Assembly: GCA_001795975.1 (NCBI GenBank)
Contig: MGLG01000046.1
Coordinates: forward strand, 1-27,992
Reading direction: 5' to 3'
DNA: 27,992 bases
DNA from: Candidatus Yanofskybacteria bacterium RIFOXYD1_FULL_42_10
GTDB lineage: Bacteria > Patescibacteriota > Minisyncoccia > 2-02-FULL-40-12 > GWA2-44-9
Shown here: positions 9,215 through 18,267 of the stretch, piece by piece
Position numbering within the stretch: the stretch's first letter is position 1
Layout: every line of letters starts with the position of its first letter
Notes under the pieces: model-generated
What the model saw: only the letters and a program-made list of their open reading frames with translations
Databases searched by the model: none
Told to the model about the DNA's origin: nothing
Translations under genes and position numbers: made by a program

Positions 9215-11131
9215 ATGTTAGAAAAAGATAAACTTTATTTTGTGCCGCTTTATGAGCTTGAAGAGTTAAGAAACAAAATTATTACTTCCGGATCTGATTG
9301 TCAGGTATATCTAAATATCCTTGCTACGATTTTAAGGATCAATATACTTTATATGATCAAAAATGCCGGATCTGGGCACATAGGCACCAGTTTTAGTTCT
9401 CTGGAAATGATGCTGTGGCTTTGGATGATGGAAATGCGGGGTGCGAATGATTCAAGTATTCCTAATTCTGATACTTTTTTTTCATCTAAAGGACATGATG
9501 CCCCGGCCCTTTATGCAGTGATGGTTGCGCTTGGTAAAATTTGCTTTAACAACATTCATCAATTAAGAAAAATGGGGGGATTACCGGGCCATCCTGATAT
9601 TCATACGCCGTTTGTTGCGGCTAACACTGGTTCTCTCGGTATGGGTATTTCAAAAGCAAGAGGCATGGCTATTGCCAATCGTCTCCGCGGTTCTAAGGGT
9701 AGAATTTTTATAATTATCGGAGACGGAGAACTTCAGGAAGGTCAAATTTGGGAATCGCTTCAACCAGCAGCTAATGGAAATTTTTCTGAAATTACTGTTC
9801 TAGCTGATTTGAACCAGATTCAGTCTGATAGAGAAGTGTCTAAAACCAGCCATCTCGGCCCGCTGGTGGAAAAGTTTAAGGGTTTTGGCTGGAATGTTTC
9901 TTGTTGCAATGGAAATGATTTTTCATCTTTGAAATATGCTCTTGATTCTCGCAGTAAAGAAAAACCGAATATCATTTTAGCTAAGACCAAAAAAGGTTTT
10001 GGCGTATCTTTCATGGAATGTCTTGATGAAAATGGTTTTTACAAATATCACAGCGGCGCCCCTTCTGATGAAGATTATTATCGCGCCCTTGAAGAGCTAA
10101 CGATAACAGCTGATCGTGCGCTTATGGCAAGCGGGATGGATTGCCTGCTCCTTGTTTGTAATAAAAAGCCTGAAGTTGCCGGAGTTGGTCTGAGGGTTGA
10201 GAAATTAATACAAGCCTATGGTGAAGAATTGTGCGAATTGGGTAAAATTAGAACTGACATGGTTGTTTTGAATGCCGATCTTGTTGTTGATTGCGGACTC
10301 GTAGGATTTAAAAACGAATTTCCGGAAAGATTTGTGGAATGTGGAATTGCCGAGCAAGATATGGTTTCTGCTGCTGGCGGATTAGCCTTGAAAGGGGTCT
10401 TGCCCATTGTCCACTCGTTCGGATGTTTTTTATCAACTCGTCCGAATGAGCAAATTTACAATAACGCAACCGAAAAGACAAAAATCATTTATACCGCGCC
10501 ATTGGCTGGTCTTCTTCCGGCTGGTCCTGGTCATTCTCATCAATCAGTAAGAGACATTTCTCTTGTGGGCGCAATACCCGGAGTTACTATTTTTGAGCCT
10601 TGCAATGAAATTGAAACAAAGCTGGCTTTACGCTGGGCCGTAAATGAGAATCCAGAAAGTACATATATTAGACTTGTTATCATTCCCGTTGAAATAACTT
10701 ATAAATTACCAGCTGGTTATCAGTTAAATAAAGGACAAGGAATAAGGCTATATACGCCCTCAAGGGTTGGCAGTAAAACAGCTATTTTGGCTTATGGTCC
10801 GGTAATGCTGGGCCAGGCCATTAATGCTGCTCGTGAAATCGGAGCAGATCTTTATAATTTTCCATGGTTAAATTTTATTGATGAAGATTGGTTTTATGGC
10901 AAACTTGCTAGATATAAAAATCTTGTTGTTGTTGACGATCATTATACTAAATTTGGTCTTGGTACTCTGATTGGCGCGGTCGTTGCTAAAAGCCGGCTGG
11001 ATATTCATTTTTCCCAATTAGGATTAGAAGAAATTCCTGTATGTGGCCAAACGAAAGAAGTTTTGAGGCATCATCAGCTTGATGATTTCTCCATTGCTGA
11101 AAGAATTACAGACGAATTTAAAAATATTTAA
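9215..11131 (+). CDS. tkt: Transketolase-family TPP enzyme with N- and C-terminal domains in one chain
   Basis: GSGHIG, SKGHDAPALY, GLPGHPD, TGSLGMG, GDGELQEGQIWE (TPP motif), GIAEQDMV, PGHSHQ. SD AAGGAGG. Confidence 0.9.
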   Translation: MLEKDKLYFVPLYELEELRNKIITSGSDCQVYLNILATILRINILYMIKNAGSGHIGTSFSSLEMMLWLWMMEMRGANDSSIPNSDTFFSSKGHDAPALYAVMVALGKICFNNIHQLRKMGGLPGHPDIHTPFVAANTGSLGMGISKARGMAIANRLRGSKGRIFIIIGDGELQEGQIWESLQPAANGNFSEITVLADLNQIQSDREVSKTSHLGPLVEKFKGFGWNVSCCNGNDFSSLKYALDSRSKEKPNIILAKTKKGFGVSFMECLDENGFYKYHSGAPSDEDYYRALEELTITADRALMASGMDCLLLVCNKKPEVAGVGLRVEKLIQAYGEELCELGKIRTDMVVLNADLVVDCGLVGFKNEFPERFVECGIAEQDMVSAAGGLALKGVLPIVHSFGCFLSTRPNEQIYNNATEKTKIIYTAPLAGLLPAGPGHSHQSVRDISLVGAIPGVTIFEPCNEIETKLALRWAVNENPESTYIRLVIIPVEITYKLPAGYQLNKGQGIRLYTPSRVGSKTAILAYGPVMLGQAINAAREIGADLYNFPWLNFIDEDWFYGKLARYKNLVVVDDHYTKFGLGTLIGAVVAKSRLDIHFSQLGLEEIPVCGQTKEVLRHHQLDDFSIAERITDEFKNI

Positions 11132-11151
11132 GCCCCCCACGGGGGCCTTTT
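11132..11151 (+). terminator. Intrinsic terminator after the transketolase gene
   Basis: GCCCCC-CAC-GGGGGC followed by CTTTT, immediately after the TAA. Confidence 0.65.
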
Positions 11152-11156
11152 CTTAA

Positions 11157-11192
11157 TGAATCCTCCTCGCGGCTTGCCGCGAGGAGGATTCA
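11157..11192. repeat. Perfect GC-rich palindrome (17-bp arms, 2-nt loop), REP/IS200-hairpin-like
   Basis: TGAATCCTCCTCGCGGC-TT-GCCGCGAGGAGGATTCA. Confidence 0.85.
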
Positions 11193-11265
11193 CCCCTTTT
11201 AGCTTCGCTCGGACAAAATGTAAATAAGAATTTCCATTTTACCCCTCGCTCGCTAAAATAAAATA

Positions 11266-11300
11266 TTGATTGGTCTTACATTTTTTGATAATATCGGGGC
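11266..11300 (+). promoter_or_regulatory. sigma70-type promoter giving a probably leaderless mRNA
   Basis: TTGATT(11266-11271)-17nt-TAATAT(11289-11294) with TG extension. The ATG lies 6 nt downstream and there is no SD. Confidence 0.45.
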
Positions 11301-12116
11301 ATGATAAAAAGCTTAAAACCGCAGCGACCCAAAACCGTTGTGTTTGTTCAGGTAAGAACCGGCAGTACGAGGTTCCCCGGAAAGATAATGAACAAAATTG
11401 GGAAAAGGGAGATATTTCTTGTGCAATTGGATAGAATGAAGCCTTCTAAAAGCGCCGACCAAATTGTTGTTGTTACTACTGTTAAAAAACGCGATGATGT
11501 AATAGTCAGGCTGTGCCGAAAGAACAAGATACCTTATTTCCGCGGTAGCGAGGAAGATTTACTTGATCGGTACTATCAAGCGGCCAAAAAATTCAAGGCC
11601 GAACTTGTCGTTAAAATTCCTTCGGACGAACCATTGATGGATGCCGATGTAATGGATACGGTTATCAGAGAAATGCATCAAAATTTGGATAAATATGATT
11701 TTGTAAGCAATCTTCACCCGCCTTCTTATCCCGATGGTCTTGATGTCGAGATAATGACCTTTAAAGCCTTAGAGATTGCGTGGAAAAAGGCAAAGAAGCC
11801 ATATGAGAGAGAACATCTCACCCCATATATTTGGGATAACCCCGGACTTTTTAGGGTTGGAAATGTCGCTAATAAATACGGGGACATGTTTATGACTCAT
11901 CGTTGGACATTGGATTATCCGGAAGATTTTAATTTTTTTAAAGCGGTTTTTTCATCTTTTAAAAATAAAAATAAATTCAAGATGGAGGATATTTTAAAAT
12001 TACTTGATAAACATCCGGAGATCGCCGCCATCAATACCAAACATATGGGCATAAATTGGTTCCGGCATGTCGGCGACCAACTTAAAACAGTTGATTCTAA
12101 ATTTTATAGAAAATAA
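11301..12116 (+). CDS. spsF: Second SpsF-type cytidylyltransferase
   Basis: VQVRTGSTRFPGK, RGSEEDLLDRYY, YPDGLDVE, REHLTPYI, RWTLDYPED. Confidence 0.9.
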   Translation: MIKSLKPQRPKTVVFVQVRTGSTRFPGKIMNKIGKREIFLVQLDRMKPSKSADQIVVVTTVKKRDDVIVRLCRKNKIPYFRGSEEDLLDRYYQAAKKFKAELVVKIPSDEPLMDADVMDTVIREMHQNLDKYDFVSNLHPPSYPDGLDVEIMTFKALEIAWKKAKKPYEREHLTPYIWDNPGLFRVGNVANKYGDMFMTHRWTLDYPEDFNFFKAVFSSFKNKNKFKMEDILKLLDKHPEIAAINTKHMGINWFRHVGDQLKTVDSKFYRK

Positions 12117-12163
12117 TAAGCTGAACTTTTTTCATTTTTTATCGCCAGTTATTTAAAAAATCC

Positions 12164-12295
12164 TTATGGATTATCTTTCTCAAAATATTTATATAAATCA
12201 TGGGCTAAACTTAATGGTTTTCCTAATTTAATATTGGGTGGACCAAATTGTTTTGAAAAACTAATTCCTTCAATAAGTTGTTTTATTTTTTTCAT
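12164..12295 (-). CDS. Possible 43-aa small protein or gene remnant (not in the ORF track)
   Basis: Manual translation MKKIKQLIEGISFSKQFGPPNIKLGKPLSLAHDLYKYFEKDNP*. An upstream extended -10 TGaTATAAT lies at 12377-12369. Confidence 0.3.
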   Translation of the reverse strand: MKKIKQLIEGISFSKQFGPPNIKLGKPLSLAHDLYKYFEKDNP

Positions 12296-12410
12296 AACCT
12301 TGGATGGATTTTATGCCATATCTCGCAGAAATCTACGAGGGTTAGGCAAATTAAATTATATTATTTTGATTATATCATGGATTTAATAAAAAGCCGACCG
12401 TAGATGAAAT

Positions 12411-12499
12411 TTGACATCCTGAATAATAAATGATATTTTAGAAACCAAACGAAGAAAGGTTTTGTTGCTCTTTGTAAATTTAAAAAATGGGAGGTTAAA
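12411..12499 (+). promoter_or_regulatory. sigma70-type promoter + boxA-like element + SD
   Basis: TTGACA(12411-12416)-17nt-TATTTT(12434-12439) with TG extension, TGCTCTTTGTAA(12466-12477), GGGAGG(12489-12494). Confidence 0.6.
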
Positions 12500-13585
12500 A
12501 TGATTCTGGCTGTGGTTAAAGATCCTGGCGGAACTAATGGAGTTTTGCCGGTCGTAAAAGTGTTGCGAGGAGAGAGCTTTAAATTTGATGTTCGTCTTAT
12601 AGCTAACGGCAGTGCAGTTAAACTTTTGTCGGATACAACCGAAAACTATGAAGCCTTGCATTCTGCTGATGAGGTTTCTATGCGCTATCCAAATCCAAGT
12701 ATCATGCTGACCAGCATGTGTTCTGATGGCGGAGTCGGCCGAGATTTGGTGCCCTTGCTTAGAGGCACATGCCCGACCGTCGCCTTTCACGATTATTGGG
12801 GAACAAGGCTTTTCCCCGAATGGCATGACCCTAAATATCGACCTGATTTTTTTGTTGTCAATGATGAACTTGATGCTAATATTGTAATGGGAGCTTGGCC
12901 TGATTACAAAAGAGAGCAATTTATTGTCAGCGGATATCCGATGTTTGATCAATATGCAGTTAAATATGATCAGACAGAATTGCTGACCAGTATTTCTTCT
13001 CGGTTGGGCATTGATGCCGCAAACAAGCCGATTGTTTTGTCTGCTTACGGAATTTATAAGGGTGTAAACAAATTTCTTTCAGAAGTCATTGATGTTCTGA
13101 ATGATCTCAATCTTGATATTTATTTTATTCCAAGGTTCCATCCCCGAATGAAGTTGAATGTTCCCGAAGAGGTTGAGCTTTGTAATCAAGTCCTTAAAAG
13201 ATTCAACGGCGGCACATTAGTAGAAAGCTCTTCAGCTTGTACTACGCAGGAGCTTCTTAGGGCATCAACAGTAGTCTTGTCGGACTATTCCACCACTCTT
13301 CTTGAGGCAACTTTACTTAGAAAGCCGAATATATCAGCATGTTATTTAGAAGAAATTAAGGTTAATTATCAAGTAGAATTTGGAACGGTTCAAAAATGGA
13401 TGCCAGATCCTCCATTTGTAATGTTAGGTTGTTCAGCCAAAGCTGTAGATAAAATTTCTCTAGGTCAACACTTATCGGATGCTATTCATGGTAAACTTAA
13501 CTTGAAAAGCGCTCAAGAAAAGTACTTTGCCCTTGATGGTCAGAACGCTAAAAGAGCGGCAGAAAAAATCGCTTCTTTAATATAA
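12500..13585 (+). CDS. GT-B fold protein with C-terminal HP motif (CDP-glycerol glycerophosphotransferase/ulosonate transferase-like)
   Basis: N-terminal KDPGGTNG, G.PMFD linker, RFHPRM, VLSDYSTTLLEATLLRKP. Confidence 0.6.
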   Translation: MILAVVKDPGGTNGVLPVVKVLRGESFKFDVRLIANGSAVKLLSDTTENYEALHSADEVSMRYPNPSIMLTSMCSDGGVGRDLVPLLRGTCPTVAFHDYWGTRLFPEWHDPKYRPDFFVVNDELDANIVMGAWPDYKREQFIVSGYPMFDQYAVKYDQTELLTSISSRLGIDAANKPIVLSAYGIYKGVNKFLSEVIDVLNDLNLDIYFIPRFHPRMKLNVPEEVELCNQVLKRFNGGTLVESSSACTTQELLRASTVVLSDYSTTLLEATLLRKPNISACYLEEIKVNYQVEFGTVQKWMPDPPFVMLGCSAKAVDKISLGQHLSDAIHGKLNLKSAQEKYFALDGQNAKRAAEKIASLI

Positions 13586-13594
13586 TTTTTTTTA

Positions 13595-13621
13595 GACCGC
13601 CTCAAAAGGGCGGTTTTTTTA
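13595..13621 (+). terminator. Intrinsic terminator
   Basis: ACCGCC-TCAAAAG-GGCGGT followed by a T run. Confidence 0.75.
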
Positions 13622-13648
13622 TCTAATGTTGTTTATGGCAGGGGGGTG

Positions 13649-13712
13649 TTGACATTTTGGTTATATTTACATTATAAAGATAAGGTGTTATTTGAAAAAA
13701 AGGAGACAAAAC
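13649..13712 (+). promoter_or_regulatory. sigma70-type promoter + boxA-like element + SD
   Basis: TTGACA(13649-13654)-18nt-TATAAA(13673-13678), TGTTATTTGAAA(13686-13697), AGGAG(13701-13705). Confidence 0.55.
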
Positions 13713-15089
13713 ATGTCTACAAAGTACAATCTGGTGCCGATTGAAGTTCCTTGTGTAAAGACAAAATATCGTAGTGTTGTGACCAAATTACCCGTACCGG
13801 AATCTTTGCCGATATTCAATAAGCTTATGGATTCAGAGCCGGAATCAATGCGGGGCCAACCCCCGGTGGTTTGGCATCATGCCGAAGGTTTTCAGGTCTA
13901 TGACAGGTATGGAAATATTTGGCTGGACTGGTCTTCTGGAGTTTTGGTGGCTAATGTCGGCCACGGTAGAATAGAGATCAAAAACGCCATCAGAGAAATG
14001 ATTGACCAAGGTTTAATTGGTGCGACTTTTGCTTTTGTGCATGAAAAACGAGCGGAACTCTGTAGTGAAATGCAAAGCATGTCGCCTGATCCCTCAAATT
14101 ATCTAGCTGCTGTTTTCAGCGGCGGAAGTGAAGCCGTGGAGTATGCGATTAAGCTTGCGAAAACATACGCGATCCAAAAATATGGGCCAAGCCGAAAATA
14201 CATTGTGTCGTTTACTAATGCTTTTCACGGAAGCACTCTTGGTTCATTGCTTGCCGGAGGCAAGGATGGGCTGAAGAAATGGATTGTAGGAGAGGGTCAA
14301 ACATTTGTTCATGTGCCATTTCCCGATGGTTTCAAGAATGAAGATGTTTCTTTTGAACTTTTTCTAAAAACTTTGGAAGATTTGAGCATAAAAAATGAAG
14401 AAATAGCTGGTGTAATTACCGAATCATATCAGGGCGGAGGACCGGATTTCTTACCAGCCGAATATGCCCAGAAACTTCAACAATTTTGCCGGTATAATGA
14501 CATTGTCATGATTTATGATGAAATGCAGGCTGGCTTTGGCAGGACTGGCAAAATGTTTGCTTTTGAGCATTACGATGTAACGCCTGATCTGATTGTTTGT
14601 GGAAAAGGTCTTTCTTCGTCCTTGCCGATTTCCGGCGTGATAGGGAGGAAAGACATTATGGGACTTTATCCTCCGGGCGCAACGATCACAACTCATTCTT
14701 CAAGTCCGCTTTGTGTTGCCGCTGCTCTGGCTAACCTGAAGATCTTGAAAGAAGAAAATCTTGTTGAGAATTCAAGAATGCTTGGAGAAATACTTTGGTC
14801 AGAATTGCAGAAAATAAGAAATAAATATTTAGATGTGTTTGGATGCGTGCGGGGTAGAGGCCTTGTGGCGGGAATTCAGGTGGTAAAGAAAAATACCAAA
14901 GAACCAGATGGCGCATTGGCATTGAGAATAAACGAGCGATGTTTTCAAAAGGGGTTATTGATGTTTGCTCCGGCTGGAGTTGCCGGCGAATGCATCAAAA
15001 TAGCGCCTCCGCTAATGATAAATGAGGAGGCCTTAAGAGAAGGAATACAAGTTCTCGAAGAAGCTTGCGATGAAATTATCGGGGAATAG
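13713..15089 (+). CDS. Class III PLP-dependent aminotransferase
   Basis: WLDWSSGVLVANVGHG, GGSEAVEYAIK, FHGST, ESYQGGG, DEMQAGFGRTG, CGKG, RGRGL. Start ATG 13713 behind SD AGGAG. Confidence 0.9.
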   Translation: MSTKYNLVPIEVPCVKTKYRSVVTKLPVPESLPIFNKLMDSEPESMRGQPPVVWHHAEGFQVYDRYGNIWLDWSSGVLVANVGHGRIEIKNAIREMIDQGLIGATFAFVHEKRAELCSEMQSMSPDPSNYLAAVFSGGSEAVEYAIKLAKTYAIQKYGPSRKYIVSFTNAFHGSTLGSLLAGGKDGLKKWIVGEGQTFVHVPFPDGFKNEDVSFELFLKTLEDLSIKNEEIAGVITESYQGGGPDFLPAEYAQKLQQFCRYNDIVMIYDEMQAGFGRTGKMFAFEHYDVTPDLIVCGKGLSSSLPISGVIGRKDIMGLYPPGATITTHSSSPLCVAAALANLKILKEENLVENSRMLGEILWSELQKIRNKYLDVFGCVRGRGLVAGIQVVKKNTKEPDGALALRINERCFQKGLLMFAPAGVAGECIKIAPPLMINEEALREGIQVLEEACDEIIGE

Positions 15090-15098
15090 ACATAAACG

Positions 15099-15123
15099 AG
15101 AGCCGCCAACAGCGGCTCTTTTT
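15099..15123 (+). terminator. Intrinsic terminator
   Basis: AGAGCCGC-CAACA-GCGGCTCT followed by TTTT. Confidence 0.75.
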
Positions 15124-15173
15124 GACTTTTTATTTTAAATCTCATATTGTTATGAAATAATAAATAAAAACTT

Positions 15174-16049
15174 ATGAACGAGCAAAAAGGGAAACAAAAA
15201 GCAAAAGAATATTACGATCAGGAGGCGGCCGATTATGTCAAGCAATATCAAAAAGCCTACGACAAATATCCAGCCAATCTGATAAGGATTAAATTTATCA
15301 TCGAAAGGATGAAAAAAAACAAGGTCAAGACGATTTTAGATGCCGGTTGCGGCACCTGCGGCCCGATGATAAAACTCCTGAAAAGCGGTTTTAAGGTAAA
15401 AGGATTTGATTTTTCAAAAAAAATGGTAACCGAAGGCAAAAGAGAACTTAAAAGGGCCGGATTTTCTTCCGAATTGATAAATTTTGCCGACCTGGAAAAA
15501 GGGAAAGTTTTTCCGAAAGAAAAATTTGACGCGATAATCGCCTTAGGCGTTTTCCCCCACATTTTAAACGAAAAAAGAGCGCTTTTAAACATGAAAAAAA
15601 TGCTGAAGCCCAAAGGCCTGGTTTTCATTGAATTCAGAAACGATTTGTTTTCCGCCTACACCTTTAATAAATATTCTCTTGAATTTTTCCTGAATAGAAT
15701 TATTAATCCGAATTCTTTGCCCAAACACATTCGTGACAAAGTTATAAGTTTTTATTCCAAAAGATTAAAAGTTGACAAGCCCGTTAAAAGAAAGGACGGG
15801 AAAATAGCTTATACGGACATTTTGGCTAAATTTCGTAATCCGTTAATCCTGGGGAAAGAACTGTTTGAGCCTTGCGGTTTTTCCGTCGCCGATTTCCATT
15901 TTTATCATTATCACGCCCTACCGCCGATTTTTGAAAAAATATACCCAAGAGAATTCAGGGAATTAAGTTTAAAATTGGAAAAAATTGACGATTGGAGAGG
16001 TTATTTGATGGCATCGGCCTATGTGGTGGAAGCGCGGAAAACAAATTAA
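15174..16049 (+). CDS. Class I SAM-dependent methyltransferase
   Basis: ILDAGCGTC, GFDFS, FDAIIALGVFPH, LKPKGLVFI. Confidence 0.85.
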   Translation: MNEQKGKQKAKEYYDQEAADYVKQYQKAYDKYPANLIRIKFIIERMKKNKVKTILDAGCGTCGPMIKLLKSGFKVKGFDFSKKMVTEGKRELKRAGFSSELINFADLEKGKVFPKEKFDAIIALGVFPHILNEKRALLNMKKMLKPKGLVFIEFRNDLFSAYTFNKYSLEFFLNRIINPNSLPKHIRDKVISFYSKRLKVDKPVKRKDGKIAYTDILAKFRNPLILGKELFEPCGFSVADFHFYHYHALPPIFEKIYPREFRELSLKLEKIDDWRGYLMASAYVVEARKTN

Positions 16050-16062
16050 GCCGCTAAAAATT

Positions 16063-17340
16063 ATGGAAACATCAGTCGGCAAAGAGATGTACAAACTGGC
16101 GGAACGGCTGTTCCCCATCTGCCGGAGCATTACCGGTAACGGCGTCAGAGAAACCCTTGGGATACTGAAAGAAAGCATTCCCATTAAAATTCACGAAATT
16201 CCGAGCGGAACCAAAGTTTTTGATTGGACGATTCCCAAAGAATGGAACATAAAAGACGCTTATATCGCGGACGAGAGAGAAAACAGGGTAATTGATTTTA
16301 AAAAAAACAATCTCCATGTCGTCGGCTATTCGGTTCCGGTCAATAAAACGGTAACTCTTGCCGAACTTCAAGAACATTTATATTCCCTTCCGGAACAGCC
16401 GGAAGCGGTACCGTATGTCACTTCTTATTATCAGAAGAGGTGGGGGTTTTGCATTGCTCACCAAGACAGGAAAAAGCTTAAGGGGGCGAAATATAAAGTT
16501 TTTATCGATAGCGAATTAAAAAATGGTTCCCTGACTTACGGCGAACTTATTATCCGCGGGAAATCGGAACAGGAGGTTTTTCTCTCAACTTATGTGTGCC
16601 ATCCTTCTTTGGCCAACAATGAATTATCCGGTCCAGTGGTGGTTACTTATTTGGTAAAATGGATTTTAAGCCAACCTCGAAAATACACATACCGCATTAT
16701 ATTTGTTCCGGAAACCATCGGTTCAATTGCCTATTTGAGTAAAAATTTAAAAACGATGAAAAAAAATATAATCGCCGGTTTTAATGTGTCATGCGTTGGC
16801 GACGACGGGACATTTAGTTACCTGCCGACTAAAACCGGCGACACTTATTCTGACAGGGTTGCCCTAAACGTATTGTCATTCAAGCAACCCGACTTTATTA
16901 AATATTCTTTTCTTGACAGGAGAAGCGACGAGCGGCAGTATAACGCGCCCGGCGTTGATCTTCCGGTTTGTTGCGTGATGAGGAGCAAATTCGGGTCGTA
17001 TCCGGAATATCATACCTCGTTGGATAATATGAATTTTATCAGCCCGGAAGGATTGGCCGGAACTTGCAACATATTAAAAGAGTGCCTGAAATTGATTGAA
17101 GAAAATCGCAAATATAAAATCAAATGCTTGGGAGAGCCGCAATTGGGCAGAAGGGGATTATATCCGACCATTAGCACAAAATCATCCGCCGATGAAGCAA
17201 AGATCATAAAAGATTTTATCGCTTATGCCGACGGGAAAAATGACCTGATAGATATCAGCAATAAAACCAAAATTGCCGTTTGGGAATTTTACCAGATTAT
17301 CGAAAAGTTAAAAAAGGCGGATTTGCTTAAGGCGGTTTAA
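16063..17340 (+). CDS. DUF4910-family protein (M28 peptidase-like fold with C-terminal HTH)
   Basis: LFPICRSITGNGVRETL, VFDWTIPKEW, YVTSYY, YVCHPSLANNELSG, PETIGSI, SDERQY, YPEYHTSLD, EPQLGRRGLYP. Start ATG 16063 preferred. Confidence 0.85.
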   Translation: METSVGKEMYKLAERLFPICRSITGNGVRETLGILKESIPIKIHEIPSGTKVFDWTIPKEWNIKDAYIADERENRVIDFKKNNLHVVGYSVPVNKTVTLAELQEHLYSLPEQPEAVPYVTSYYQKRWGFCIAHQDRKKLKGAKYKVFIDSELKNGSLTYGELIIRGKSEQEVFLSTYVCHPSLANNELSGPVVVTYLVKWILSQPRKYTYRIIFVPETIGSIAYLSKNLKTMKKNIIAGFNVSCVGDDGTFSYLPTKTGDTYSDRVALNVLSFKQPDFIKYSFLDRRSDERQYNAPGVDLPVCCVMRSKFGSYPEYHTSLDNMNFISPEGLAGTCNILKECLKLIEENRKYKIKCLGEPQLGRRGLYPTISTKSSADEAKIIKDFIAYADGKNDLIDISNKTKIAVWEFYQIIEKLKKADLLKAV

Positions 17341-17401
17341 AAACACAATGATAAAAATGTCAATATTTTAAAAACAGCCGAGGTGTGGAATAATCAATCT
17401 T

Positions 17402-18265
17402 ATGATAAATTTTAAGAATTTAAAAAAGCCGTATTTAATCGCCGAAATAGGAATCAACCATAACGGCGATTTGCAGATTGCAAAGAAACTTATTGATGCC
17501 GCTTTTTCCTGTTCCTGGGATTGCGCCAAATTTCAAAAGAGAAATCCTGATATTTCCGTGCCAGAACACCAGAAAAACCAACCCAAAGACACTCCCTGGG
17601 GCCAGATGACCTATCTTGAATATAAATACCGGATGGAATTCGGGGAAAAAGAATACGACCAAATAGATAAATATTGCAAGCACAAACCGATAGATTGGAC
17701 GGCGTCGGTTTGGGATCTTGATAGTTTGGAATTTATTAAAAAATATAACCCCCCGTTTATTAAAATTCCTTCGGCCCACTTAACCAATCATAAATTATTA
17801 AAAGTAACTGCACAGACCGGCATTCCCGTGGTGGCATCAACCGGCATGAGCACGCTTAAAGAAATTGACGAAGCAGTGGCTATTCTAAAAAAACATTCTT
17901 CTCAATTTGTTTTAATGCACTGCAATTCTTCTTACCCGGCAAAATTGCATGAACTTAATTTAAAAGTAATTCCACAATTCGCTAAGCGTTATAAGTGTGT
18001 TATGGGTTATAGCGGCCATGAATTTGGTTTGGCTACTACGACTATTGCCATGACTCTAGGAGCTCAAGTTATTGAAAGACATATTACCCTTGATCATACC
18101 ATGTGGGGAACCGACCAAACAGCAAGTATTGAAATCCAGGGCATGGATAAGTTTTATAAACAAATTGTAGACGCAACTCTTTGCATGGGGGACGGCAAAA
18201 AAAGGGTTTATGAAACCGAGTTAGCTATGAAGAAAAAGTTAAGAGGTGATTCTTTCGGTAAATAA
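17402..18265 (+). CDS. neuB: Short NeuB-family synthase lacking the SAF domain
   Basis: AEIGINHNG, KFQKRNP, TPWGQMTYLEYK, HCNSSYP, GYSGHE, IERHITLD, GTDQTAS. Ends at 287 aa. Confidence 0.9.
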   Translation: MINFKNLKKPYLIAEIGINHNGDLQIAKKLIDAAFSCSWDCAKFQKRNPDISVPEHQKNQPKDTPWGQMTYLEYKYRMEFGEKEYDQIDKYCKHKPIDWTASVWDLDSLEFIKKYNPPFIKIPSAHLTNHKLLKVTAQTGIPVVASTGMSTLKEIDEAVAILKKHSSQFVLMHCNSSYPAKLHELNLKVIPQFAKRYKCVMGYSGHEFGLATTTIAMTLGAQVIERHITLDHTMWGTDQTASIEIQGMDKFYKQIVDATLCMGDGKKRVYETELAMKKKLRGDSFGK

Positions 18266-18267
18266 TA

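Noticed and set aside
12383-12952. 189-aa minus-strand ORF and the other short ORFs nested in or antisense to longer genes
   Set aside because: They have no recognisable motifs and are shadows of well-supported genes on another frame or strand.
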